From: Candidatus Alloclostridium intestinigallinarum
GTDB taxonomy: Bacteria; Bacillota; Clostridia; Christensenellales; UBA3700
Assembly (NCBI GenBank): GCA_904393845.1
Contig: CAJFNB010000002.1
Span: 638-64,637, forward strand
Length of the DNA: 64,000 nt
Direction: 5' to 3'
Shown: positions 49,748-59,800 of the stretch, piece by piece
Numbering within the stretch: the stretch's first letter is position 1
Layout of the letters: each line of letters opens with the position of its first letter
Position numbers and translations under genes: made by a program
Notes under the pieces: model-generated
The model's input: only the letters and a program-made list of their open reading frames with translations
Told to the model about the DNA's origin: nothing
Database searches by the model: none

Positions 49748-49926
49748 GCCTGTTTTCGTATTTATGAAAAAGCGCGTAAAACGCCTTCCTTCGCACCGCC
49801 CGCGGTTGCCTGTACACCCCGGATATATAGAAGTGTGCTCCGCTCTATCGGCTATATAGAATATGGATATAATAATTATAATACTCGCGCGCGCGTATAG
49901 GATAGTTACCGTCCCGCCCGTCACGC

Positions 49927-49956
49927 AGAAAAAGCCTCCGCTTTTCCGCAGAGGCT
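49927..49956 (-). terminator. Probable terminator for manA
   Basis: AGCCTC-12 nt-GAGGCT followed by TTTTTCTG on the minus strand, about 85 nt after the stop. Confidence 0.5.
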
Positions 49957-50038
49957 ATATGCAAATATATGTAATTGACTTTGAACGGCAGTAAAGGTCT
50001 TTCAACGCTTTATTTATCTGTCGGACGTTCGGACGGCG

Positions 50039-50989
50039 TCAGACGCAGGCGGAAATGACGGTCATTCCTCCGCGCAAAGTAAACTCTCCCAGACCCGCCG
50101 GAAGAAAGAGGGTATCGCCCAGGGCTATGTCGAAGGACGTATCCTGCCATATGAGCACGCCTTCGCCTTCTGTACAGGTAAGCGATAGGAAGCACTCCTG
50201 CCCTACCGCGCCCTTGTATTCCGGATCAACCTTTATTTCACGCACGGTAAAATACTTGCAGCTTGCAAGGCGGCGCACTCCGTCGCTTTCACACACCACG
50301 TTTTCGTTGGGAGAAGTCACGGCGGCGGTGTTTACCACCTGCAGAGCTTTTTCTATATGCAGTTCGCGTTTTTTGCCGTCCTTGCCCACTCTGTCGTAAT
50401 CGTACAGGCGGTATGTGAGCGAAGAGTTTTGCTGGACTTCGCAAATGAGCAGTCCACCGCAGATGGCGTGGACGGTGCCTGACGGTATATATATGCTGTC
50501 GCCCTTTTTTACCGGAATAAAATTGAGTAAATCCAAAATTTTTCCGCCTTTGAGCGCGTCTTCCAGCTCCGCCGCGTCCACCGCCTTCTTAAAGCCGCAG
50601 TACACGCCCGAACCTTCTTCCGCATCAACTATATACCACATCTCACTCTTTCCATATTGACCTTCCTTTGCAAGGGCGTATTCGTCGGACGGGTGTACCT
50701 GTATGGATAAATTCGTCTTGGCGTCTATGAGTTTGATAAGTATGGGGAAAAACTCGAACTGTCCGCACTTTTCACCCTTATATAGGGGCATATGTTCAAG
50801 CAGTTCGCCGAGCGGCATACCTGCGTACTCGCCGTTTTCTATCACGCTCATTCCGTCGTTATGGCAGGAAAGCTCCCAGCTTTCCGCTATCACGTCGCCT
50901 TCAGACGGCTTTTTCCACTCTCTCTTCAATCGGGTTCCGCCCCAGACGTAATCCTTAGTTGCCGGTTTGAGTTTCATCGGATATATCAT
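50039..50989 (-). CDS. manA: Class I mannose-6-phosphate isomerase (Bacillus ManA type)
   Basis: 316 aa. KDYVWGGTRL, ESWELSCH, QVHP and GTVHAI cupin metal-site motifs. Confidence 0.88.
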   Translation of the reverse strand: MIYPMKLKPATKDYVWGGTRLKREWKKPSEGDVIAESWELSCHNDGMSVIENGEYAGMPLGELLEHMPLYKGEKCGQFEFFPILIKLIDAKTNLSIQVHPSDEYALAKEGQYGKSEMWYIVDAEEGSGVYCGFKKAVDAAELEDALKGGKILDLLNFIPVKKGDSIYIPSGTVHAICGGLLICEVQQNSSLTYRLYDYDRVGKDGKKRELHIEKALQVVNTAAVTSPNENVVCESDGVRRLASCKYFTVREIKVDPEYKGAVGQECFLSLTCTEGEGVLIWQDTSFDIALGDTLFLPAGLGEFTLRGGMTVISACV

Positions 50990-52730
50990 TCTTCTCCGCC
51001 TCCTTTCCTTTTGCCAATTTTACGATAAATTCCGACCCCTTTCCTTCCTCGCTTTCCAGCGTGATTTCTCCGCCGTGCATATTGACGATTATATGCTTGA
51101 CTATCGCAAGCCCGAGTCCGGTACTGAGTTCATCGTTGCGCGTATGCGCCTTATCCGCCTTGAAGAACCGCTCGAATACGCGCGGTTTATCTTCGTCGGA
51201 AATGCCTATGCCGTTATCCTTTACCGAGATGCAGACGTATTCTCCGTCTTCGTGCACCTTCACCCATACGCTTCCGCCTTCACGGTTATATTTTACCGCG
51301 TTGCTCACCAGGTTGGTTATTGCCGTGGTCATCATCTTGGGATAGCACTCCGCCATTCCGTCACCTTCGCAGAATATGGTAACTCCCGCATTCTGCGCCG
51401 CGCCGCCCATATCATCGCATATGGAACGGCACATTCCGCCCAGGTCGACTACAGCCTTTTCCTCGTTTACTATATTGGCGTCAAGACGGCTGATAAAGAG
51501 CATATCGTTTATCAGTACGCCCATTTTATCTGCGTTGGTCTGAATTTCGCTTACGCAGCGCGAGATATTCTTTTCACTCTGCCCCGGAATGGTAAGCAGT
51601 TCGGAATAGCCCTTTATTACCGTGAGCGGAGTTTTGAGTTCGTGCGAGGCGTTCGCAAAAAATTCGCTCCTTATGTCTGCCGAACGGCTTTCCTGGGTGA
51701 TATCGGTAAATGTTAAAAGCAACGCGAATGTATTGTACGTTTCAAACCACGATCCGCTCGCTATCAGCGTTTCCACCCTGTATACGTTGCCCGCGCGCCT
51801 GAATTCGCAGCCGTCCTTTTCGCCGTTCTCCTGTGTGCGCGCTACGGCGGCGATTATGCTTTCATCGTCGATGACGTCTTCCAGCCTCTGCCCTGCGATG
51901 TTGCCCTGTAAGCCCAGAATACGCAAAACCGCATTGTTATAGGTAAGTATGCCGCGCGTATCGGAAAGCGCGATTATTCCCTGTCCTATGTTGTCCAGCA
52001 AAAACGCCGCCTTTCTCTGCTCGTACTTTATCGAGCTGAGCGAAGCGGATATTTTTTCGCTTATATCGCTTATCTGACTGACTATTCCGCGGAATTCTTC
52101 ATAATCCGTACTGACTGCGATACCGTGGAAGTTGCCGTTGTTTATGTCGTTCAGACCCTTCTGCACCGCTTCGAGCGGGCGCATGGAACGCTTCAGATTG
52201 AGGTTTGTTATACCCATTGCAAGCAGAATGAGTAAAAGCGCAACCGCTATACTGCTGCCGAAGAATATCCAGAAGTTCTCCGAAGCCCAGTCCGCGGTAA
52301 TAAGGACGCGCAGAAATATCCTGCCGTTGCTGTCGATGTTGGATTCCACGTTCACACGCGTGGTAAGCGAAAGCATGGTTATGCCGTCATACTCCACCGT
52401 ATTGAAAACTTCACCTCCGGAAGCCGCCGTCTGCAAATCGCCCAGATTCGCGTTTTCCGGCGGCGGCGCGTTGGAAGCTATCAGATTGCCGTCGCTGCTG
52501 TATATAAAGATGATTACCGAACGCGTGGGAAACATATTCGCGCTCTGTGCCAGCTCGTAGACGTAGTCCATATCTTCAAGCTGGCGGGCGTATTGCTGGG
52601 AAAAACTGCTCAGCGTACTGCGCACATTAAGATAACTCGCCAGCAGGTAACCCCCGCAGGCGAGCAAAATAACGAGTATAAGCGTGACGCTTATTGTAGT
52701 AAATATCTGACGCGACAGCTTACTGCGCAT
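50955..52730 (-). CDS. Sensor histidine kinase (TM-sensor-TM, HAMP, PAS, HisKA, HATPase)
   Basis: 591 aa. H-box FFANASHELKTPLT, N-box SNAVKYN, G-boxes DNGIGI and GLGLAIVKH. Confidence 0.9.
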   Translation of the reverse strand: MRSKLSRQIFTTISVTLILVILLACGGYLLASYLNVRSTLSSFSQQYARQLEDMDYVYELAQSANMFPTRSVIIFIYSSDGNLIASNAPPPENANLGDLQTAASGGEVFNTVEYDGITMLSLTTRVNVESNIDSNGRIFLRVLITADWASENFWIFFGSSIAVALLLILLAMGITNLNLKRSMRPLEAVQKGLNDINNGNFHGIAVSTDYEEFRGIVSQISDISEKISASLSSIKYEQRKAAFLLDNIGQGIIALSDTRGILTYNNAVLRILGLQGNIAGQRLEDVIDDESIIAAVARTQENGEKDGCEFRRAGNVYRVETLIASGSWFETYNTFALLLTFTDITQESRSADIRSEFFANASHELKTPLTVIKGYSELLTIPGQSEKNISRCVSEIQTNADKMGVLINDMLFISRLDANIVNEEKAVVDLGGMCRSICDDMGGAAQNAGVTIFCEGDGMAECYPKMMTTAITNLVSNAVKYNREGGSVWVKVHEDGEYVCISVKDNGIGISDEDKPRVFERFFKADKAHTRNDELSTGLGLAIVKHIIVNMHGGEITLESEEGKGSEFIVKLAKGKEAEKNDISDETQTGN

Positions 52731-52743
52731 TTACTTGTTTACC

Positions 52744-53430
52744 CTATTTGGAAAATTTGTAGCCCACGCCTCTTACGGTGTGGATGTACTGCACGGGGGT
52801 AAACTGCGCTATCTTGCTGCGCAGCGATTTTATATGCATATCCAGCGTGCGCGTTTCGCCCACGTAGTCGTAGTCCCATACCGCGTTCAGAATTTTTTCC
52901 CTGGTAACGACGTTGTTGCACTTTTCCATGAGCAGTTTAAGCAGCTTGTATTCCTTCAGGGTAAGCTGCACGTGATGCCCCGCAACGGTTACTTCGTGTT
53001 CGCTGTTGTTTATGGTTATTTCGCCTATGGAAATTATCTCGCCGCCGCCCATAGCCGATTTACGGATATTCGCCTTGACGCGCGCGATAAGTTCGAGCAT
53101 ACCGAAAGGCTTGGCAATGTAGTCGTCGGCGCCCAGGTTAAGTCCTTCCACCTTGTCTTTTTCATCGCCCTTGGCGCTGACTATGATGACGGGCACGGAC
53201 TTGGTCTTTTCGTTCGTCTTCAAAATTTTGAGAGCGTCAAGACCGCTCATGCCGGGCAGCATCAGGTCGAGTATGATAATGTCGCACGTCTCCTCTTTTT
53301 CAAACGCGTCGAACATTCCCTCCGCTTTATCGAAGCAGACCACCTCGAATTCGTCCTTGTCGAATGCGATCTCGTAAAGTCCGCTGATGCTCCTGTCGTC
53401 TTCCACAACAAAAATTCTATGCTTGTTCAT
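52744..53430 (-). CDS. OmpR/PhoB-family response regulator
   Basis: 228 aa. Receiver domain (FVVEDD, ILDLMLPG, SAKGD) and a winged-helix output domain (HTVRGVGYKF). Confidence 0.92.
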   Translation of the reverse strand: MNKHRIFVVEDDRSISGLYEIAFDKDEFEVVCFDKAEGMFDAFEKEETCDIIILDLMLPGMSGLDALKILKTNEKTKSVPVIIVSAKGDEKDKVEGLNLGADDYIAKPFGMLELIARVKANIRKSAMGGGEIISIGEITINNSEHEVTVAGHHVQLTLKEYKLLKLLMEKCNNVVTREKILNAVWDYDYVGETRTLDMHIKSLRSKIAQFTPVQYIHTVRGVGYKFSK

Positions 53431-53680
53431 TACTTAGCCTCCTTGTAAGCTATTTACATTATAACACCATATTTCCGTTATGTAAATTACATTTTTGCAT
53501 TTCTTACAAAAATTATACAATTTAACGTATTTATGTGGCGTTATTTACATATAAAAGCATTTTTTCGGCTAGAATAGCCGCAAGAATTTTAAGATATTCT
53601 TTTAATTACTCTCCTGCGCACTGTCCAAAAAAAAGTTTACCTTATGACAGTCAGGTTGAAAACGCCCTTCCGGTCGCGAC

Positions 53681-53719
53681 AAAAACCCCGTCCGCGCCCC
53701 TTTCGGGAAACGGACGGGG
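53681..53719 (-). terminator. Rho-independent terminator after the GH13 gene
   Basis: CCCCGTCCG-16 nt-CGGACGGGG followed by TTTTTGTCG on the minus strand. Confidence 0.7.
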
Positions 53720-53726
53720 CGTAATT

Positions 53727-55394
53727 TTATGCCTTTTCTATTCCGAAAACCGCCGCTTCATAGGGGCGCAGTTCGAGTACGGGCGCAAGACGGCTGTCCT
53801 TGTAATTGGAAAGCAAAACCTTTCCCTTTGCCAGTTCCGCGGGCAAGGAGTATCTTACGCTTTTGTTTTTGAAGTTTGCAACCACAAGCAGCGTTTTACC
53901 GCCGTAATTTCTCGTATAACCGAATACTTTGTCGTTTGCAGGGGCAAGCTGAACGTAATCGCCGCACCCGATAATCTCGTTTCCCCTTCTGAAAGCGTGC
54001 AGCCGCTTGTAAAAGGCGTATACCGACTTATCGCCCGCATTCAAATCGTTTTCGACGTTTATCGTCTTGTACGAAGGGTTGAGCATCATCCAGGGCTTCC
54101 CCGCGGTAAAACCGGCGTTTTCGCCCGCGTTCCATTGCATAGGCGTACGCGCATGGTCGCGTGCCCTCTTTGCAAGGCAGGCGCGCGCTATCGCCTTTCC
54201 GAAAGGTATTTTGCGCGCTATCGAAAATACCTGGCGCGCCATTACGTCAAGGTAGTCCTCGTCGCGGAATTTACAGTTCACCATGCCTATTTCCTGTCCC
54301 TGATAGACGAAAGGCGTGCCTTTGAGCAGCTGCATGGCGACGGCGAGCATGGTTGCCGCCTCGTAGCGGTTTTCTCCGAAATCGCCCGTGAATCTGCCGA
54401 GCGAGCGCGGCTGGTCGTGGTTTTCCAAAAACAGCGTATTCCAGCATCCTTCGGGCAGAGTCTGCCATTTTGAAAGCACCTTTGTAAAGCGGCTCAGCTT
54501 GAATTTGTGCGGAATCACCTCCATATACATATCCGTGCACATATGCTCGAATCCGAATATCGTATCCAGCTCTTCCCTGTCTTCCGCTATGCAGTCGGGA
54601 GCTTTTTCAAACGTTATTCCCGCAGATTCCCCCACCGTATAGGAGTCGTATTTCGACCAGGAATTTTTGTTGAGTTCGTGTATGAATTCGTGGTATCTGG
54701 GACCGACAACGAAGTGTTCGTCGCCGCACATGATGGGATTGAATTTGCCGTCCGGCAATCCCTTTTCCTTGGATATATAGGTAATTACGTCGCAACGGAA
54801 CCCGTCAACGCCCTTGTCCATCCAGAAGTTGCATATATCCGCAATCTCCTTTCTCACCGCCGGATTTTCCCAATTCAGATCGGGCTGCTTTCTGCTGAAA
54901 AGATGCAGATACCATTCGCCCGTTTTTTCATCGTACTGCCACGCGCTTCCGCCGAAGCGGGAAGTCCAGTTGTTGGGCGGCTTTTTCCCGTTTTTACCCC
55001 TGCCCTTGCGCCAGATATAGTAATCGCGGTAAGGATTGTCTTTCGACGAGCGGCTTTGCACAAACCATTCGTGTTCGTCGGACGTATGGTTTGCCACGAG
55101 ATCCATAATAAGTTTTATTCCGCGCGCGTGCATACCTTCCAGCATCTCGTCGAAATCCGCCATAGTGCCGAATTCGTCCATTATGTCGCGGTAATTGCTT
55201 ATGTCGTATCCGTTGTCGTCGTTCGGAGACTTATAGATAGGCGAAAGCCATACCGCATTCACGCCCAGCTCCTTGATATAATCGAGCTTGGAAATTATGC
55301 CGCGCAAATCGCCTATGCCGTCCCCGTTCGAATCGCAAAAACTGCGCGGATAAATCTGGTAGACAACCGCGTCCTTGTACCATCTGCTTTTCAT
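53727..55394 (-). CDS. GH13 alpha-glucosidase / oligo-1,6-glucosidase-type hydrolase
   Basis: 555 aa. WYKDAVVYQIYPRSF, GDLRGI, GVNAVWLSPIYKSPNDDNGYDISNY, GVDGFRCDV, NHDQPR. Confidence 0.92.
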   Translation of the reverse strand: MKSRWYKDAVVYQIYPRSFCDSNGDGIGDLRGIISKLDYIKELGVNAVWLSPIYKSPNDDNGYDISNYRDIMDEFGTMADFDEMLEGMHARGIKLIMDLVANHTSDEHEWFVQSRSSKDNPYRDYYIWRKGRGKNGKKPPNNWTSRFGGSAWQYDEKTGEWYLHLFSRKQPDLNWENPAVRKEIADICNFWMDKGVDGFRCDVITYISKEKGLPDGKFNPIMCGDEHFVVGPRYHEFIHELNKNSWSKYDSYTVGESAGITFEKAPDCIAEDREELDTIFGFEHMCTDMYMEVIPHKFKLSRFTKVLSKWQTLPEGCWNTLFLENHDQPRSLGRFTGDFGENRYEAATMLAVAMQLLKGTPFVYQGQEIGMVNCKFRDEDYLDVMARQVFSIARKIPFGKAIARACLAKRARDHARTPMQWNAGENAGFTAGKPWMMLNPSYKTINVENDLNAGDKSVYAFYKRLHAFRRGNEIIGCGDYVQLAPANDKVFGYTRNYGGKTLLVVANFKNKSVRYSLPAELAKGKVLLSNYKDSRLAPVLELRPYEAAVFGIEKA

Positions 55395-56224
55395 AATTCC
55401 TCCGTATCGCCGCTCCGTCCGGGAGTCGCCCCGGAGAATCCGGCTGAATATCTTGTGGAAGCGAAAGTAAGCACTTTGACTTTTTCCGCCCCGAACTTTT
55501 TCGCAACTTTCGCCACCTCGCTTGCGGTGGCTCCCGTGGTCAGCACGTCGTCCACGACAAGTACGTGCGCGCCTTTGAGCATACCGGAGTTTTCGCCTCC
55601 GCTATACACGCCGAGCACGTTTTCTTCCCTTTCTACGCCGCCAAGCCCCGCCTGCATTTTATTATCCTTACCCTTAACCACCGCGCCGTAAGCCACGGGA
55701 ATATTTATAATCCCGCGCAAGAACTCTGTAAGCATGGCAATATGGTCGTAGCCGCGTTCTTTTATGCGTTCGGCGGAGGACGGCGACGGAACTATCAGAC
55801 TGCATGAAATATCTTTCGTAAAATACAGTTCCGCCATGTCGTACGCCATTTGGCGGGCGATATACAACGCCTTGGCGTATTTGAACCGCGTAACCAGCTG
55901 TTTTGCCGCGTCCTCGTACACATAACAGGAATACGCCCTGTCGAAATGCCGCTCCTTTTCGCGGCAGGTTTCGCAGAACCTCTCTTCCGCAATGAGCGGT
56001 CTGCCGCACTTTTCACAGGTTTTGCCCGCGTTGGGAGTTATTTTGCCCCTGCATTCGTCGCACAACCCGGCAAACTCAAAGGACAGCTGTTCCTTTCCGC
56101 ATAGCAGACACCTGCCTGAAACGGGTGCGGCAATCCCCGACGAAGATAAAAAAGCAAACCGCTTTGCCTGCCTTACCGCACGCTGCGTATTACTTTTTCT
56201 CCCGAAAAGCGCTCCCATGCCCAT
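55391..56224 (-). CDS. comFC: ComF-family protein (ComFC-like phosphoribosyltransferase fold with zinc ribbons)
   Basis: 277 aa. CLLCG..CDEC and CEKCG..CETC cysteine pairs, and the PRTase motif VLVVDDVLTTGAT. 4-nt overlap with the GH13 gene. The exact start is uncertain. Confidence 0.8.
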   Translation of the reverse strand: MGMGALFGRKSNTQRAVRQAKRFAFLSSSGIAAPVSGRCLLCGKEQLSFEFAGLCDECRGKITPNAGKTCEKCGRPLIAEERFCETCREKERHFDRAYSCYVYEDAAKQLVTRFKYAKALYIARQMAYDMAELYFTKDISCSLIVPSPSSAERIKERGYDHIAMLTEFLRGIINIPVAYGAVVKGKDNKMQAGLGGVEREENVLGVYSGGENSGMLKGAHVLVVDDVLTTGATASEVAKVAKKFGAEKVKVLTFASTRYSAGFSGATPGRSGDTEEL

Positions 56225-56262
56225 ATTATACCACTAACCTTCTCTTTTGTAAATACCGCGGA

Positions 56263-56293
56263 CAAAAAGAGCACGCCGAATCTCAGCGTGCTC
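56263..56293 (-). terminator. Rho-independent terminator after the small lipoprotein gene
   Basis: GAGCACGC-9 nt-GCGTGCTC followed by TTTTTGTCC on the minus strand. Confidence 0.65.
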
Positions 56294-56332
56294 CGTATTG
56301 GGGGAAGAAAGACGGAACAAATCCGTCAAACG

Positions 56333-56854
56333 TCAATAGTTATAAACGGTATTCACCGCTATCGCGAAGTTGGACGCCCTGCCCGAATAGGTGTATGCAA
56401 CGTCCACCGTCATTGCGCGCATGGTTTCGGTATCAATGGTCGCGGTGATGGTAGCGCCGTTATACGACAGATTTTCCGTGCCCAAGAAGGCGTTCATATT
56501 GGTGATCTGCCCCGTTAAAGTGGCAACGTTGTCCTGCTGCGCGACGGCAAGTCCGGTGAAGTTGAACGAGTCGTAGTTGAACGCGCCGCTTCCGTTCATG
56601 TCGGGCACAAAGCTGGATATTACGCCCTGTATTTCCGCAGGCGCGTCGGCTTGTTCGGGATACGAATAGATAACCTTGTTCGAACTGTCCGTCACCGTTA
56701 CCGTTACGTCGGCAACGGCAACGCCCGACGACGCTTCGGTCAATACTGCAAGCGCGTCCGCAGTCGTCATTTCCGTGGTGCACGCCGCCGCAAAAACGGC
56801 GACGATGCACACTATAAGTGCGACAGCTAAGATTACTGCTTTCTTTTTAGTCAT
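56333..56854 (-). CDS. Small lipoprotein translationally coupled to the giant surface-protein gene
   Basis: Trimmed to the ATG at 56854 (MTKKKAVILAVALIVCIVAVFAAAC...). AAGGAGGAA lies 8 nt upstream, inside the giant gene. The start overlaps its stop (AATGACTAA). 173 aa. Confidence 0.65.
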   Translation of the reverse strand: MTKKKAVILAVALIVCIVAVFAAACTTEMTTADALAVLTEASSGVAVADVTVTVTDSSNKVIYSYPEQADAPAEIQGVISSFVPDMNGSGAFNYDSFNFTGLAVAQQDNVATLTGQITNMNAFLGTENLSYNGATITATIDTETMRAMTVDVAYTYSGRASNFAIAVNTVYNY

Positions 56855-59800
56855 TGAGGTCTTCCTCCTTACTCTTCCTTTTGCGTGCCGCGGCAAAGAT
56901 GAGTCCTATACCGAGCACAGGCATTGCCACGCCGCCGGCAACCAGACCTGCGGTTGCGGCGCCGCTTACGCCGCTCGCCTTACCTGCTGCCTTTTCAGCC
57001 GCGCCTACGGCGGAGTCGATAGCCGCCTGCAAGTCTTCGATATATTCGGCGCGCGCTTCTTCCACAGCCGCAAGAGCTTCTTCAATCTCGTCGCCCCTTG
57101 CAGCCAGATCGCCGCTGCTCACAGACGCGACGTTCTGCAACAGCTGGGCATATCTTGCAAAGCCGGTAGCGTTGAAGTTGTTTGCCAGCGATTCGGCGCT
57201 TGCGATTATGTCGTCAACGCTCGCGGTAGTCGTAAAGCTCAGAGCCGACGCAAGAGGATACTCGTGCACGTTTTCACTGCTTGCGTAGTTGACGTCGTTT
57301 ATTCTGAGCAGGACGTTAAACGCCGTGCCCGCGGTCAGCCCGCTTATCGTATTGCTGCCCTTGTTTGCCTTGATCCAGGTTTCGCCGCCGTCCACGGAAT
57401 ATTCGTAAGCGGAAGGCAGACCGCTGATATTGAAGCTGACGGTCGTGCTGTTCACGGCTGTAACTGTCGCCGTAACGCCCGTTGCCGCGGCAGCCACGTC
57501 CGCTTCGTCAACCACCACTTTGCTTGCCGTTTCACCGCTGACTTCCCTGCTGATGGTGCCTTCGGTCGTGATGCCGGCATAAGTGCAGCTGAACACGAGG
57601 TCGAGGAAGTATTCGCCCGCATTGACGGCTCCGAGTCCTGTGAAGACGACTGGGAATTCTTTTCCGATGACATCGTTTGCCGATATGACGATTTCGGAAG
57701 GAACGCCGAGCTGTGCAACGGTATTGTCGTTTGCGTCAACCACTCTGGACGAAGCGCCCGTGAAGAAGTTGAGCGTCAGGTCTCCTGCAAGGCTGTCGTC
57801 AGGGCCGAGCGAGTTGATATTCAGCCTCACGGTGACGGAATCGTCGCCGTAGGTGATGGCGTCGGGCGCGCTGACGATGCCGACGGACGCGCCTATGCTG
57901 TAACTGCCCTCTATCGTACCGGTGAAGTTGCCCGTACCGTTAATCGTGAAGGTGTAGTTTCCGGTGTACTTGCCCGCGCCGGTTGTTCCGAAGTCGATGG
58001 TAAAGTCTTCGCCGAGTACGAGATTGGTCGTCCTGTTGTAAGTGATGAGGACTTTGAGGTCTTCGGCGCTGACTGCAACGGGTACCACTTCACCGCCGCT
58101 GTTGACGGTAGTGCGGTAGCTGAACAGTTTTTCGTAAGTATTGCGCATGCTGCCGTCGGTAAGAGGACGTGCATTGATTGTGTACGTCCGGTCATACTTT
58201 TCTCCGCGGAGTTCGGTCACGCTTACGTTGGGGTTGCTTATAACAAGCCTTACGATATACGTGCCGGCGTCGGTAAACTGTCCGTTTATTGCAGCAGTAT
58301 CCACGTCGCCGTTCACCACGCCGTAACTGAACGTAGGCGCGTCGGGCGTTGTTCCGTCAACCTGCTTGTAGACGTTCGCGGTGTAGGAAGGAACGCCTAT
58401 CGTATGCCCGTTGCCGTTGTAATCGGTTACGGTGAGGGTAAGCGTGATATTAGGCACGATATCCAGACCGTTATACGTGCGGGCTGTCTGACCCTTCACG
58501 GATACGGACGCTTTTATATCGCTTGCAGGCGTGATTTTCAGCGTGAACTGCATATCGTCCATGCTGTACGCGTTGTTGTTCAGCCGCACGCGCAGGGTGT
58601 AATCACCCACGTACATTGCGCTGTCAACCGCCGCGCCGTCCGAAAGCAGTTCGACTATGAGATTGTTGCCTATCAATTCGGAAGCATAATCTCTGTCGCT
58701 GTCAAGCTCTATCTTGGTGCCGGGGCTTGCTATCGAGCCTTTCAACGTGCCCGCGGTATTGGACAGCTTGTAAGGAACGACGGACAGGAACGTCTTCAGG
58801 AACGCCGCGGTAAGGTCGGTTCCGTCGAATTCCCTGCTGTATACTCCGTCCGCATAGGCGAACAGAGGCTTTACGTCTGCGGCAAGCGAGTTGCCCGTTT
58901 CAACGAACATAGACGGGCTGACGGTCACGTTGATATCCAGCGAAGACAGGTCTGCCTGAGAGCCGTCCGCCGCCTGCCCGAGCGTATTTCCCGCAGAGTC
59001 GATGAACTTGTAGTTGGTTGCAAGCTGATCGAGCATCAGGTGGATATTATACTCGCCGGGAGCCGCCAGGTTGTCGCTTGCGCCGTCCGATTCCGTAATG
59101 CCGCCCACTTCACCGAGCCTCTTGCCGTCGCTATATGCGCCGTACGCTTCAAGCTCGCCGTTCTCGTCGTAGCGGTAGCTGGTCACATACACGCGGTTAT
59201 TGTAGTCGAAGTTCGCGCCCGTGTATATGGTTGCATACTCGTACCAACCGAGGTGCTCTCCCGTGCCTGCGGAAGAAGTTTCGGTATACGTTTTGTCGCC
59301 GACGGCATAGGTCAGATAGTCGAAACTTATCTGAATGATTGCCTTATCTATAACGAGGTTCACCGGCAGGGTGAGCGTGCCTTCTTCCATGCCCTCTACC
59401 ACGTAGTTGGTGTTGTTGAGGGTTATGGTAATGCTGCCCGTATAGCTACCTGCCGCGGACACGGCTTCCTGAGTGTAGCCGCCGCTTGCGGATACGGTGA
59501 ATATGCCATGTTTGCCGAAGCCTGCGTCGTCTGTTTCTTTGCTGTTATCGCCGTCAAGACCGGTATTGCCCGCATATGCGAACGCCAAAGGTCCGAAAGA
59601 AGTTCCGCTGTACACTCTGTTAAAGGTATAGCCTTCCTGCGTAAGTGTCTGCTGCTTTCCCTGATCGTCGATGTCGTTTATAAGCGACACGGTTGCCTGG
59701 CTTACGTCAAACGCCACGGTTGCGGGTGTTACCTGGATGTTCACATATCCGCCCTGGTCATAGGTGTAGCGGAAGTTGGTGCTTTCAAAGCTGTCCACAA

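Noticed and set aside
49243-49924. Track ORFs in the convergent-gene gap (49243..49536 minus, 49543..49767 plus, 49574..49924 minus).
   Set aside because: They have no SD. They overlap terminators or the end of the preceding gene. Their products are low-complexity translations of AT-rich and repeat DNA. Their apparent similarity to each other simply reflects the DNA repeats.
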